DNA from: Bacilli bacterium
GTDB lineage: Bacteria; Bacillota_I; Bacilli_A; RF39; UBA660
Direction: 5' to 3'
Assembly: GCA_017411405.1 (NCBI GenBank)
Contig: JAFQQE010000014.1
Coordinates: forward strand, 67,735-131,734
DNA: 64,000 nucleotides
Positions 31,822 through 41,253 of this stretch are shown here, piece by piece. Position 1 is the stretch's first letter. Each line of letters starts with the position of its first letter. The position numbers were made by a program, and so were the translations under genes. Below the pieces are notes generated by a model that saw only the letters and a program-made list of their open reading frames with translations, had not been told where the DNA came from and made no database searches.

Positions 31822-32139
31822 ATGTTTTGGCAATATATATTAATAGCATTTGTTCTTATAATAATATCTTTGGTGATTGTTAAATTAAATAAGAAAAATT
31901 TTAATATGGAAATTAATAAGCTTGTAACATATTTAGGTGGTAAAGATAATATATTGGATACTGAAGTAAATATGTCAAGACTAAAAGTTACACTAAAGGA
32001 TGTAAGTGTAGTTGATAAAAATGCTATTGAAAAATTGGGAGCTCAAGGAATAGTAGAAATAGATAATCAATTAAAGATTATATTTGGTCCTGACGCAGTT
32101 AAGTTAAAAAAATATATTAGTGATATGAAGAAAAAATAA
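31822..32139 (+). CDS. Membrane-anchored PTS EIIB(Glc)-like domain protein lacking the phospho-cysteine
   Basis: TM helix, then LVTYLGGKDNILDTEVNMSRLKVTLKD..IFGPDA. This resembles the EIIB motif GG.eNI...hCaTRLR, but Cys is replaced (NMSRLK). Confidence 0.5.
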   Translation: MFWQYILIAFVLIIISLVIVKLNKKNFNMEINKLVTYLGGKDNILDTEVNMSRLKVTLKDVSVVDKNAIEKLGAQGIVEIDNQLKIIFGPDAVKLKKYISDMKKK

Positions 32140-32153
32140 AAAGAAAAATTTGA

Positions 32154-32936
32154 TTATTTTTCTTTTTTAGTTACCTTTTTTACAGTATCTACTATTTTAT
32201 CAGATTCAAATGCTCTTAATACTTCTAAAGGTATTGCAAATATAATAGTATTAGATTGATCACTTGAAACATCATTTAAAGTAGATAAAGTTCTTAAATG
32301 TAATGCGCCTGGTGTTGATGACATAATTTCTGCTGCTTCTCGTAAATTTTTAGCTGCTTCAACTTCACCAACAGACTTAGTAATTACTGCTTTCTTTTCT
32401 CTTTCAGCTTCGGCATTTTTGGCAATAACTCTTTCCATTTCTTGAGGAAGTTTAATATCTTTTAACTCTACATTTTCTACTTTTATTCCCCAAGGATCAG
32501 TTGCTTCATCAATTATTTTACAAATTTCTAAAGATATTTTATCTCTTTCTGATAAAAGTTCATCCAAAGAAACAGAACCAACAGCATTTCTCATTGTAGT
32601 TTGAGCAAGTTGACTTACAGCATAATGATAATTTTCAACTGCTATAACTGCTTTACTGGCATCAAAAATTTTAAAGTATATTACAGCATTAATCCTAATT
32701 GATACATTGTCTTTTGTAATAGCATCTTGTTCAGGAACATCAGTAACTTTAGTTCTAATATCAATTTTTTTATAAGATTGAAATATTGGAAAAACTAAGT
32801 TCCAACCAGGTTCTAATATTCTTTTAAATTTACCAAATTCAAATAATATACCTCTTTCATATTCATCAATTTGTTTAATTGATGATAATATTATAACAAT
32901 ACCAATAATAATTAAAAAAACAAGTATTCCCATCAT
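32154..32936 (-). CDS. SPFH/band-7 (stomatin-like) membrane protein
   Basis: N-terminal TM, YERGILFEFGKF, TKDNVSIRINAVIYFKI, AEAEREKKA pattern of the stomatin/slipin family. Confidence 0.8.
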   Translation of the reverse strand: MMGILVFLIIIGIVIILSSIKQIDEYERGILFEFGKFKRILEPGWNLVFPIFQSYKKIDIRTKVTDVPEQDAITKDNVSIRINAVIYFKIFDASKAVIAVENYHYAVSQLAQTTMRNAVGSVSLDELLSERDKISLEICKIIDEATDPWGIKVENVELKDIKLPQEMERVIAKNAEAEREKKAVITKSVGEVEAAKNLREAAEIMSSTPGALHLRTLSTLNDVSSDQSNTIIFAIPLEVLRAFESDKIVDTVKKVTKKEK

Positions 32937-33034
32937 AAAACTCCTTTCATTATAATAATATAATATTAAATTTTTTTAATCAATAAAAATTGACAATTTT
33001 TTAATTTTAAATTAATATTAATATAGGTGATAAT

Positions 33035-33589
33035 ATGAAGAATATAAAACTAACTAAAAACGAATTAAAAACAAAAAATATAGTACTATTTATAACATCT
33101 ATATTAACTATATTATTAGGAGTATCATTTTTCTTTAATGATTATATAACTTTCTTTGATGGATGTGAAATATTTTATATAGTAATGCTTTTATATTTTG
33201 GACTAGAATTTACTAATTATTTATTAACTAGAGCTTTAACAGGTATGAATTCTTTATATATAGCACTAGCTAATATAATTGCTTGCTTTAGTGGGATAAA
33301 ATATATGAATGAACAATCTAATATGGTTATATCAATAACACTAATCGGTTGGATGATAATTATGGTTATTATTAAATTAATTAGAATAGAAGATTTAAGA
33401 AATAAAAATAATTATTCTATATTTATAAATATATTTTCTCTATCTTTATTTATATTACTAGGTTTTTTAACCATAACTAATATATATATGGAAATTACAA
33501 ATATTTGTTTAATGTTAGGATTCTTCTTTACAGTAAACGGTATACTAAATATGATAGAAACATTCGGAAACATAAAATTTTGCAAATAA
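33035..33589 (+). CDS. Hypothetical polytopic membrane protein
   Basis: 184 aa, about 5-6 hydrophobic segments, GGTGAT SD. Confidence 0.5.
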   Translation: MKNIKLTKNELKTKNIVLFITSILTILLGVSFFFNDYITFFDGCEIFYIVMLLYFGLEFTNYLLTRALTGMNSLYIALANIIACFSGIKYMNEQSNMVISITLIGWMIIMVIIKLIRIEDLRNKNNYSIFINIFSLSLFILLGFLTITNIYMEITNICLMLGFFFTVNGILNMIETFGNIKFCK

Positions 33590-33667
33590 TATTTGCTTTT
33601 TTTTATCTAGTATGATATTATCATACTTGTAAATCAGTGATAAAAGACATGATTAGTATAATTATTT

Positions 33668-33828
33668 TTATAGAGAGTTCATGGTAGGTGTAAATGAATA
33701 AAATACTATATTAATTACTACTTTTTAGAGGATTTAATAAATCCCGGTTAATAGCCGTTATTTAAATTAAGTATAATAGGATGGTACCGTGCATAAGCAC
33801 TCCTTGGAGTATCATCTTTTTTATTTTA
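33668..33828 (+). promoter_or_regulatory. T-box riboswitch leader (Thr; candidate specifier ACU)
   Basis: AGAGAGTTCATGGTAGG stem I, T-box AATAGGATGGTACCGTGC, terminator plus T-run. ACT followed by A in TTAATTACTACT. Closely parallels the serS leader. Confidence 0.85.
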
Positions 33829-33840
33829 GGAAGTGATAAA

Positions 33841-34053
33841 TTGAAAACAGAAATAACAGAAGAAGATGTTTTTGTAGCAGAAAAAAATGTAAAAAGATTA
33901 AAAAGACAATTATTTGAATTTAAATGCGACGAACAACTAAAAAATATAGATAGAAGTATAGAGATAAAACGAACGCGTTCAGAGATAATTAGAAATTTAT
34001 CTATAATAAGTAAATTTAAATTACAAAAAGAAAAGAGAGGAAAAATAAAATGA
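33841..34053 (+). CDS. Candidate 70-codon K/E-rich ORF between the T-box terminator and thrS (TTG start)
   Basis: AGGAAGTGA SD 4 nt before the TTG. Frame stays open to a TGA that overlaps the thrS ATG (ATGA). The 5' part of track ORF 33781.. lies inside the T-box and is discarded. Confidence 0.3.
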   Translation: MKTEITEEDVFVAEKNVKRLKRQLFEFKCDEQLKNIDRSIEIKRTRSEIIRNLSIISKFKLQKEKRGKIK

Positions 34054-35804
34054 TAAATATTAAAGAAAATGAAAAATTAAATATACTTAACCACAGTTGT
34101 GCTCACTTAATGGCACAAGCTGTAAAACATCTATATCCAAACGCAAAGTTTTGGGTAGGACCAGTTATAGAAGAAGGATTCTATTATGATATTGATTTAG
34201 GTGATGACGTAATTAAAGAAGAAGATTTACCTAAAATTGAAAAAGAAATGAAAAAAATAAGTAAAGATGGTAAAAGAATTTATAGAGAAGAAATAACAAA
34301 AGAGGAAGCGCTAGAAAAATTCAAAGATGATCCTTATAAAATAGATTTGATTGAAAGAATGGATGAAGAAAGTACTGTCATTAGTTGCTATACACAAGGA
34401 GACTTTACTGACTTATGTCGTGGGCCACATGTAGAAACAGTAAAAGAACTAAAACATTTTAAACTAATTAAATTTAGCGGAGCTTACTGGAAAGGCGACG
34501 CTAAAAACAAAATGCTTCAAAGAATTTATGGAGTTTGCTTTGAAAGAGAAGAAGAATTAAATGAACACTTAGAATTTTTAGAAGAAGCTAAACAAAGAGA
34601 TCATAGAAAGATAGGAAAAGAACAAGAAATTTTTATGAATCATGAGTTAGTAGGAGCAGGAATGCCTTTGTGGCTACCTAATGGCGCAATAATTAGAAAA
34701 CAACTAGAAAACTATATATATGAAAAAGAAAGAAAACTTGGATATGACCACGTTTATACTCCATGCGTTGGGACAGTTGATTTATATAAGACTTCTGGAC
34801 ATTGGGATCATTATAAGGAAAATATGTTTCCAGTAATGCAAGTTGATGAAGAAGAATTTGTACTTCGTCCTATGAACTGTCCACATCATATGTTAGTTTA
34901 TAAAAACAAATTACATTCTTATCGTGATTTACCAATTCGTATTGGAGAATTTGCAACAGATTTTAGATATGAAGCTAGCGGAGCTGTAAAAGGTTTAGAA
35001 AGAGTAAGATGTATGTGTCAAAATGATGCCCACCTTTTCGTAACACCAGAACAAATTGGAGAAGAATTTAAAAAAGTAGTAAGTCTAATTTTAGATGTAT
35101 ATAAAGATTTTGGTTTAAATAATTATAAATTTAGATTATCTTTAAGAGATCCTTTAGACAAAGAAAAATACTTTGATGATGATAATATGTGGAATGAAGC
35201 TGAAGAAAAATTAAGAAGTGTTTTAAATGAATTAGGTGTTGAATATTTCGAAGCTATAGGGGAGGCTGCATTCTATGGACCTAAACTAGATGTAGAAGTA
35301 AAACCAGCAGTAGGTCCTGAAGTAACATTATCTACTTGTCAATTAGACTTTTTATTACCAAGAAGATTTGAATTATCATATATTGATTCTAACGGAGAAA
35401 AACAAATTCCAGTAGTATTACATAGAGCAATATTTGGAACATTTGATAGATTTACAGCATTCATTATTGAAGAAACAAAAGGCGTATTCCCACTATGGCT
35501 ATCTCCAGTTCAAGTTAATGTTATACCAGTTAATTTAGAATATCACTTAGAATACTCAAGAAAAATAGTTGAAGAACTAAAAAATAATGGTATAAGAGTA
35601 GAACTAGATGATAGAAATGAAAAATTAGGATATAAAATGAGAGAAAGTCAAACTAAAAAAATACCAATAACTTTAATATTAGGAGATCAAGAAAAAGAAA
35701 ATAATACAATTAGTTATAGATTACATGGAGAAAAAGAAACAACTACTCTTAATACAGAAGAATTTATAGAAAATATAAAAAAACAAATAAGTGAGAAAAA
35801 ATAA
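34050..35804 (+). CDS. thrS: Threonyl-tRNA synthetase lacking the N-terminal TGS domain
   Basis: 584 aa. Starts ~15 aa before the editing-domain [11 protein letters not shown] motif. Class II core ([23 protein letters not shown]) and anticodon-binding domain present. Confidence 0.93.
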   Translation: MINIKENEKLNILNHSCAHLMAQAVKHLYPNAKFWVGPVIEEGFYYDIDLGDDVIKEEDLPKIEKEMKKISKDGKRIYREEITKEEALEKFKDDPYKIDLIERMDEESTVISCYTQGDFTDLCRGPHVETVKELKHFKLIKFSGAYWKGDAKNKMLQRIYGVCFEREEELNEHLEFLEEAKQRDHRKIGKEQEIFMNHELVGAGMPLWLPNGAIIRKQLENYIYEKERKLGYDHVYTPCVGTVDLYKTSGHWDHYKENMFPVMQVDEEEFVLRPMNCPHHMLVYKNKLHSYRDLPIRIGEFATDFRYEASGAVKGLERVRCMCQNDAHLFVTPEQIGEEFKKVVSLILDVYKDFGLNNYKFRLSLRDPLDKEKYFDDDNMWNEAEEKLRSVLNELGVEYFEAIGEAAFYGPKLDVEVKPAVGPEVTLSTCQLDFLLPRRFELSYIDSNGEKQIPVVLHRAIFGTFDRFTAFIIEETKGVFPLWLSPVQVNVIPVNLEYHLEYSRKIVEELKNNGIRVELDDRNEKLGYKMRESQTKKIPITLILGDQEKENNTISYRLHGEKETTTLNTEEFIENIKKQISEKK

Positions 35805-36172
35805 TGATAAATAAATATTCAATTAACTTATGTATTAAATATATATTTGAAAATGTATATAATATAAAAACTAAAGAAGACTATATAAAATTATGTGAGT
35901 ATATAACTAATGAAAATAGTGATATTAATAATATTAATGAAGCGGTAGAAAAAGTTCATCGTGATATACTACTATCAAAAACTGAAATTTCTATAGATGA
36001 ACATATGCTTCTAAGTGAAGAAATCTTAAATAACTTAAAAGAATTTGCAAGTACACATTATAAAGATAATAGAGTTTTAAGATTAAAATTACCACTAATA
36101 GAATTAGAATTTAATTCTATGTGTAATACTTTTAGAAGTTATAATATAAAACATCATAAAAAGAGCAAATAA
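35804..36172 (+). CDS. Hypothetical protein
   Basis: 122-aa ORF whose ATG overlaps the thrS stop (TAATG). No motif recognised. Confidence 0.45.
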   Translation: MINKYSINLCIKYIFENVYNIKTKEDYIKLCEYITNENSDINNINEAVEKVHRDILLSKTEISIDEHMLLSEEILNNLKEFASTHYKDNRVLRLKLPLIELEFNSMCNTFRSYNIKHHKKSK

Positions 36173-36231
36173 TATTGTTCTTTTTTGTTTAGAAAATAAT
36201 ATTTGGAACCATAATAATATTGGTGATATAC

Positions 36232-36873
36232 ATGGATATATTAAAAGCAATTTTTAGAACAACATTTTTTTATTTTTTTGTAGTAATAGCATATAGAATT
36301 ATGGGTAAAAGAGAAATAAGCCAATTGCAGGTAACAGATTTAATAGTATCTATACTTATGGCAGAATTAATTGCAATAAGCATAGAAAACATTAAAGAAC
36401 CAATAACTCTAGCTATATTTCCAATAATAATATTAGTGATATTAGAAGTAGTATTATCTAAACTATCTTTAAAAAGTCGAAAATTAAATAAAGTATTAAC
36501 TGGGAAACCCAGTCTAATAATTTTTAATGGCAAATTAAATTTTAAAGAATTAGTAAAACAAAGATATTCAATCGATGATCTATTGTTAGAATTAAGACAA
36601 AAAAGTATAAAAAATATTAGTGATGTAGAATATGCTTTTTTAGAATCAAATGGTAAACTAAGTATATTTAAATACAATATATTAAAAACAAAAAGTGATT
36701 ATCCTATGCCTTTAATATTAGAAGGGGTAATACAACAAGATACTTTAGAAAATCTTAATAAAAATATTGAATGGCTAAATAATAAATTAAATAAAAAAGG
36801 ATTAGAGTATAAAGATATATTTTATTGTTTTTATAAAAATAATAAAATATATATTATAGAGAAAAGTTTATAA
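36232..36873 (+). CDS. DUF421 (YetF-like) membrane protein
   Basis: RIMGKREISQLQVTDLIVSILMAELIA resembles the DUF421 N-terminal signature. Two to three TM segments plus a soluble C-terminal domain. Confidence 0.6.
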   Translation: MDILKAIFRTTFFYFFVVIAYRIMGKREISQLQVTDLIVSILMAELIAISIENIKEPITLAIFPIIILVILEVVLSKLSLKSRKLNKVLTGKPSLIIFNGKLNFKELVKQRYSIDDLLLELRQKSIKNISDVEYAFLESNGKLSIFKYNILKTKSDYPMPLILEGVIQQDTLENLNKNIEWLNNKLNKKGLEYKDIFYCFYKNNKIYIIEKSL

Positions 36874-36938
36874 AGTTACTATTTTGTATTGAAAAATATT
36901 AAAAAAAATTATATTATTAAAATACAAGGTGGTAAAAT

Positions 36939-37637
36939 ATGAATAAAAGAGTTAGTGGTATAGTAGGTGTGATATTATCAGTAATAATACTGATGTATTT
37001 TGAGAATTTTTCAATAGAAGTATTAAAATTACTAGGTTTAAACATATATAATTTAAATAGTACATTACAATTAATTATAAATATTATAATAAGATTATTA
37101 ATGTGTTTTATGATATATGTGATATATAAAAAAGACTTTAAAAGTAAATGCTTAAGTAATAATATATTAAAATCTTTATTAGTATTTGTAGTTAGTTTAA
37201 TTAGTTTAGTAATAGGTATGTACTTATTTGATTACGTAGTAAATTTTATTGGCGATATATTTGATATTACTGTACTAGATAGAGATTTTTATAATATCTT
37301 TAATAAAACATTAAATATGGATCTTATTGTAAGAATAATGAATGATTACCTTATAAAACCGTTCTTATATGTTACTACAATATTATTAGGTATAGAAAAA
37401 TTAACTAAGAGAAACGATACATTTATTATGTTTAGTGGGCTTTTAGCAAGCATAGTTTATGCTGTTAGTTTAGAAGGTACATTAGGATACGTAATCATTA
37501 ATTCCTTAAGTATGTTTATGTTATTTTGTATACTAGCATTTATATTTAAAAAACAAAATAGTGTATGGTTTATTATATTATTATATAGTTTCTATTTAAT
37601 AAGTAGTGTACTCATTATTAATAATTTGGGGTGGTAA
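36939..37637 (+). CDS. Polytopic membrane protein, possibly a degenerate CPBP-like paralogue
   Basis: 232 aa, same topology and size as the downstream CPBP protease, but no EExxxR, FxxxH or HxxxN motifs seen. Confidence 0.45.
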   Translation: MNKRVSGIVGVILSVIILMYFENFSIEVLKLLGLNIYNLNSTLQLIINIIIRLLMCFMIYVIYKKDFKSKCLSNNILKSLLVFVVSLISLVIGMYLFDYVVNFIGDIFDITVLDRDFYNIFNKTLNMDLIVRIMNDYLIKPFLYVTTILLGIEKLTKRNDTFIMFSGLLASIVYAVSLEGTLGYVIINSLSMFMLFCILAFIFKKQNSVWFIILLYSFYLISSVLIINNLGW

Positions 37638-37638
37638 A

Positions 37639-38355
37639 ATGAATAAAGAAAAATTATATAATTTATTAAAAATATTATTTTCTTTACTATGTTTTTTTAA
37701 TATAGGTAGTATATTAAAATTAGTATTAAAATTATTCAATATTGATTTAACAACTATAAGTACTAAAGGATTAGTAATATATCAATTAGTGTTATCATTA
37801 ATTATGTTTAGTATACTATTATTAATTTATTTTAAAGATATAAAAAAAGATTTTAAAAAATTGAAGGGTAATATAAAATCAAGTATATGGTATATAATTA
37901 AAACATTTATTATATTTATGATAGTAAAATATATAGTAAGTTTTATAAGTGTACTTATAATGACATTACTTGGATTTGATACAACATCATTTACTAGTGT
38001 TAATCAAAATCTGATACAAGATTACATAAAAGTAGCTCCAATATTAATGGTATTTACAACATCTTTTTTAGGTCCATTCTATGAAGAAATACTATTTAGA
38101 TTAGGTTTTAAAAAAGTATTAGGTAAAGGTATATGGTTTGTAATTATAAGTGGATTTATATTTGGTGTTATGCATGTATTTCCTCTAGAAGAAGGTATAC
38201 CTTTAGCATTAGGAATTGTACAATCTATATCATATGTAACAATGGGTATATTCTTAGCACACATATATAATAAAACAGATAATATATTTTTAAGTATAGG
38301 AGTACATTTCTTAAATAACTTTTTAAGTGTACTTACTATGATTAATATGATTTAA
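37639..38355 (+). CDS. CPBP-family (CAAX-type) intramembrane metalloprotease
   Basis: FYEEILFRLGF (EExxxR), FGVMH (FxxxH), HFLNN (HxxxN). ATG at 37639 behind a GGGTGG SD. Confidence 0.8.
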   Translation: MNKEKLYNLLKILFSLLCFFNIGSILKLVLKLFNIDLTTISTKGLVIYQLVLSLIMFSILLLIYFKDIKKDFKKLKGNIKSSIWYIIKTFIIFMIVKYIVSFISVLIMTLLGFDTTSFTSVNQNLIQDYIKVAPILMVFTTSFLGPFYEEILFRLGFKKVLGKGIWFVIISGFIFGVMHVFPLEEGIPLALGIVQSISYVTMGIFLAHIYNKTDNIFLSIGVHFLNNFLSVLTMINMI

Positions 38356-38380
38356 GTATCTAATCTAGATACTTTTTTTA
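38355..38380 (+). terminator. Rho-independent terminator
   Basis: AGTATCTA-atc-TAGATACT followed by T6. Confidence 0.75.
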
Positions 38381-38429
38381 ATTTATAAAATATGATAAAA
38401 TAATATAGAAATATTTAAGGAGAAATGAA

Positions 38430-39299
38430 ATGAAAACAATTAAATTTGATGAGTATAAAATTTTAGATACATCTGAGGGTATGAAATTAGAAAATTGGAA
38501 TGGTGTTAAACTATTAAGACCTGATCCAGAAATAATATGGAAAGACAAAGATAAGGATTTATGGAGTAATATTGATGCTAAATATGTAAGAAGTAACAAG
38601 GGTGGGGGAGAATGGAACATATTTAATAAAAATATACCTAATAGTTGGCAAATACATTATGATGGTCTAACATTTAATTTAAAATTAATGGGATTCAAGC
38701 ATACTGGTTTATTTCCTGAACAAGCGTATAATTGGACTATGTTAAAAGAAAAAATAAAAAATAAAACAGATGTAAAAGTATTGAATCTTTTCGCATATAC
38801 TGGTGCTGCAAGTGTTGCTTGTCTTTCTGCCGGAGCTAGTGTAGTACATGTGGATTCATCACGAGGCATGGTAGATTGGGCTAAAGAAAACGTAAAATCA
38901 AGTGGCCTTGAAGATAAACCAATAAGATATATAGTAGATGATGTGGTGAAATTTGTAGAAAGAGAAATAAGAAGAGGCAATAAATATGATATTATTTTAA
39001 TGGATCCACCTTCATATGGAAGAGGAAGTAATAAAGAAGTATGGAATATAGAAGAAGACTTATGGAACTTAGTTGAAAAATGTACTGAAATTTTATCAGA
39101 TGATCCAATATTATTTTTAATTAATTCATACACAACTGGATTATCAATGACAGTTTTAGAAAATATATTAGAACTTACAGTAAATAAAAAATATAAAGGA
39201 TATATTTCTTCTGATGAATTAGGAATTAAAGAAGAATCAAAAAATATAATATTACCTTGTGGTATATATGCAAGATGGGAAAAAGAAAAATACGATTAA
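38430..39299 (+). CDS. Class I SAM-dependent methyltransferase (RlmI/YwbD-like)
   Basis: VLNLFAYTGAASVA (SAM motif I), IILMDPPSYGRG (motif IV-like DPPS). Confidence 0.6.
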   Translation: MKTIKFDEYKILDTSEGMKLENWNGVKLLRPDPEIIWKDKDKDLWSNIDAKYVRSNKGGGEWNIFNKNIPNSWQIHYDGLTFNLKLMGFKHTGLFPEQAYNWTMLKEKIKNKTDVKVLNLFAYTGAASVACLSAGASVVHVDSSRGMVDWAKENVKSSGLEDKPIRYIVDDVVKFVEREIRRGNKYDIILMDPPSYGRGSNKEVWNIEEDLWNLVEKCTEILSDDPILFLINSYTTGLSMTVLENILELTVNKKYKGYISSDELGIKEESKNIILPCGIYARWEKEKYD

Positions 39300-39368
39300 T
39301 TAAATATTGTATTGGTTGTAATTAAAGAATTTTTTTAGTATAATTAATATTAGAAGGAGTGATTAATA

Positions 39369-39578
39369 ATGCTAGGAGATATATTATTAGTACTTGTTGG
39401 ATTAATTATTGGTGCAATAATTGGATTTTTAATAGCTAAAACATATATGAAGAAATACTTTAAAAAGAATCCACCAATTAATGAAAAAATGATAGAAACT
39501 CTTATGAGTGGAATGGGAAGAAAACCAAGTCAAAAACAAGTAAAACAACTTATGCAACAAATGAATAAAATGATGTAA
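39369..39578 (+). CDS. yneF: UPF0154 family small membrane protein (YneF-like)
   Basis: 69 aa. TM, then [40 protein letters not shown], closely like B. subtilis YneF. Confidence 0.8.
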   Translation: MLGDILLVLVGLIIGAIIGFLIAKTYMKKYFKKNPPINEKMIETLMSGMGRKPSQKQVKQLMQQMNKMM

Positions 39579-39579
39579 T

Positions 39580-39993
39580 ATGAAATTAGATGTTAATTAT
39601 TTAAATAGATTTAGTAAAATAGAAATTGATAATGATGTTTTGTTAGATAAAAACATTTATAAAAATACCGAAATTAGAGATTTAAAAAATGTACATGTAA
39701 ATGGTAGCGCAAATATAGATTTTGAAGACAATATAATATTGAATTTAAATATAAAAGGTACAATGATATTACCATGTGCTATAAGTTTACAGGATGTAGA
39801 ATACAATTTTGATACTGAAATCGAAGAAAATATCGGTAATTTCGAAGAAATTTATAAAAATAACAAAAATTCACTTGAAATATCTGAGATTTTATGGAAT
39901 AATATTGTATTGGAAATTCCCATTCGTGTTGTGGCTAACTCAGTTCAACCTTCCAACACATCTGGGGATGGATGGGAATTAATTAGCGAATAA
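39580..39993 (+). CDS. yceD: YceD/DUF177 family protein
   Basis: 137 aa, immediately upstream of rpmF (conserved pairing). LPCAISLQDVEY segment is typical of DUF177. Confidence 0.7.
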   Translation: MKLDVNYLNRFSKIEIDNDVLLDKNIYKNTEIRDLKNVHVNGSANIDFEDNIILNLNIKGTMILPCAISLQDVEYNFDTEIEENIGNFEEIYKNNKNSLEISEILWNNIVLEIPIRVVANSVQPSNTSGDGWELISE

Positions 39994-40012
39994 GTAAGGA
40001 AGGAGTGATATT

Positions 40013-40204
40013 ATGGCAGTTCCATTTAGAAGAACTAGTAAAACTAAAAAAAGAATGCGTCGTACTCACTTAAAAAAAGAAGTTCCAGGTATGACAACTT
40101 GTACTAAATGTGGTGCAGCAATAAGACCACATAGAGCTTGTACAGAATGTGGAAATTATAAAGGAAAAGAAGTTATTGAAGTTTCTAAAAAAGAAGCTGA
40201 ATAA
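40013..40204 (+). CDS. rpmF: 50S ribosomal protein L32
   Basis: [20 protein letters not shown]-terminus and CxxC..CxxC zinc ribbon. Confidence 0.95.
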   Translation: MAVPFRRTSKTKKRMRRTHLKKEVPGMTTCTKCGAAIRPHRACTECGNYKGKEVIEVSKKEAE

Positions 40205-40262
40205 TTAAAAAATACTTGAAAGAACATAATTAATTTGTTATAATTAATTTGTTCTTATAAAC

Positions 40263-40339
40263 GGCGAGATAGCTCAGTTGGCTAGAGCATGCGGTTCATA
40301 CCCGCAGTGTCGGGGGTTCGAATCCCTCTCTCGCTACCA
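40263..40339 (+). tRNA. tRNA-Met (anticodon CAT), elongator-like
   Basis: 77-nt cloverleaf: GGCGAGA acceptor, AGCTCAGTTGGCTAGAGC D-arm, TGCGG-TTCATAC-CCGCA anticodon arm, GGGGGTTCGAATCCCTC T-arm, encoded CCA. No GGG/CCC initiator anticodon stem. A CAT anticodon could also be Ile2. Confidence 0.85.
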
Positions 40340-40377
40340 TAAGGAAAACTGCTTGAACTTTTCGAGCTTTAATAAAT

Positions 40378-40406
40378 AACTAATTCAGAAATGGATTAGT
40401 TTTTTG
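40378..40406 (+). terminator. Rho-independent terminator after the tRNA
   Basis: AACTAATTC-agaaat-GGATTAGTT followed by T5. Confidence 0.65.
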
Positions 40407-40443
40407 TATTTAAGAAACTATCCTAGAAAGAAAGGATGATATC

Positions 40444-41202
40444 ATGGTAAAGATTATTAAAGAAGAATTGCCTATTGAAGAATCGTTAAAAAGGAAGTTA
40501 GAACTAATATGTGAGTTTTCTAAAACAACACCTACTATTATAAATTGTAATAGAAAAATAGATAAAACTAACTGGACAGATGTAAGAATTCTAAAAATTC
40601 TATCTAATGAAATTTATAAAGGAGATTATGTATCTGGTAAAACTCTAAATAAACTTATTTATTATGAAAATGTTGTTGAACCTATCGTATCAAAAGAACT
40701 ATGGGAAAATTGCCAAACACAAAAGAAGAAAAATCAAAAGAACTATATGACAACACAAACTTATATCTTCTTACAAAAATTAAGATGTCCAAAATGTGGA
40801 AGAATACTTGGTGGTGGTGCTACTCATAAAATTAAGGCAGATAAATGGTATTTCTATTATAGGTGCGAAGATTGTAAAAATAACATTAAAGAAGAAACAA
40901 TAGAAAATTCAGTTAAAAAACTTTTATCAGATATATTGGAATACGATAATGTCGTTAATGAATTCTTTTTACCAGTATTAAAATCTAAAATAAGTAGTTT
41001 AAAAAATACGATTGACTATTGGAAAGATAAATTTGATAAGTTAATATCATTCTTATATAGTAAACTTCATAATTGGTATGATAAAGATGATAAATACATT
41101 GATGTTGTTAATGATATGTATGAAGATAATGTTTTAGATGATGATGATATTAAAGATTTAAAATTAAGTAAAGAAAAAGATGATTCTGAAATGGAATTAT
41201 AG
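40444..41202 (+). pseudogene. Large serine recombinase fragment lacking the N-terminal catalytic resolvase domain
   Basis: WTDVRILKILSNEIYKGDYV (recombinase-domain motif), LRCPKCGRILGG...YYRCEDC (recombinase zinc ribbon), coiled-coil tail. Only ~100 nt lie upstream back to the tRNA terminator. Confidence 0.7.
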
Positions 41203-41253
41203 ACATTTTCCTAAAATAATGGTATTATATTAGCCACTAACAAGGGGGATTTT

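Noticed and set aside
33781-33840. ATG-initiated 5' part of track ORF 33781..34053.
   Set aside because: This part lies inside the T-box and terminator sequence (GGATGGTACCGTGC...) and has no SD. Only the portion from the TTG at 33841 is kept, as a low-confidence candidate.
38657-39133. 158-aa minus-strand ORF opposite the methyltransferase gene. The same applies to 38378..38620, 36270..36677, 51529..51906, 52769..53116, 53246..53458, 53789..54142, 57664..58119 and other antisense or nested track ORFs.
   Set aside because: All overlap well-supported genes on the other strand or frame, and they lack SDs and recognisable motifs.
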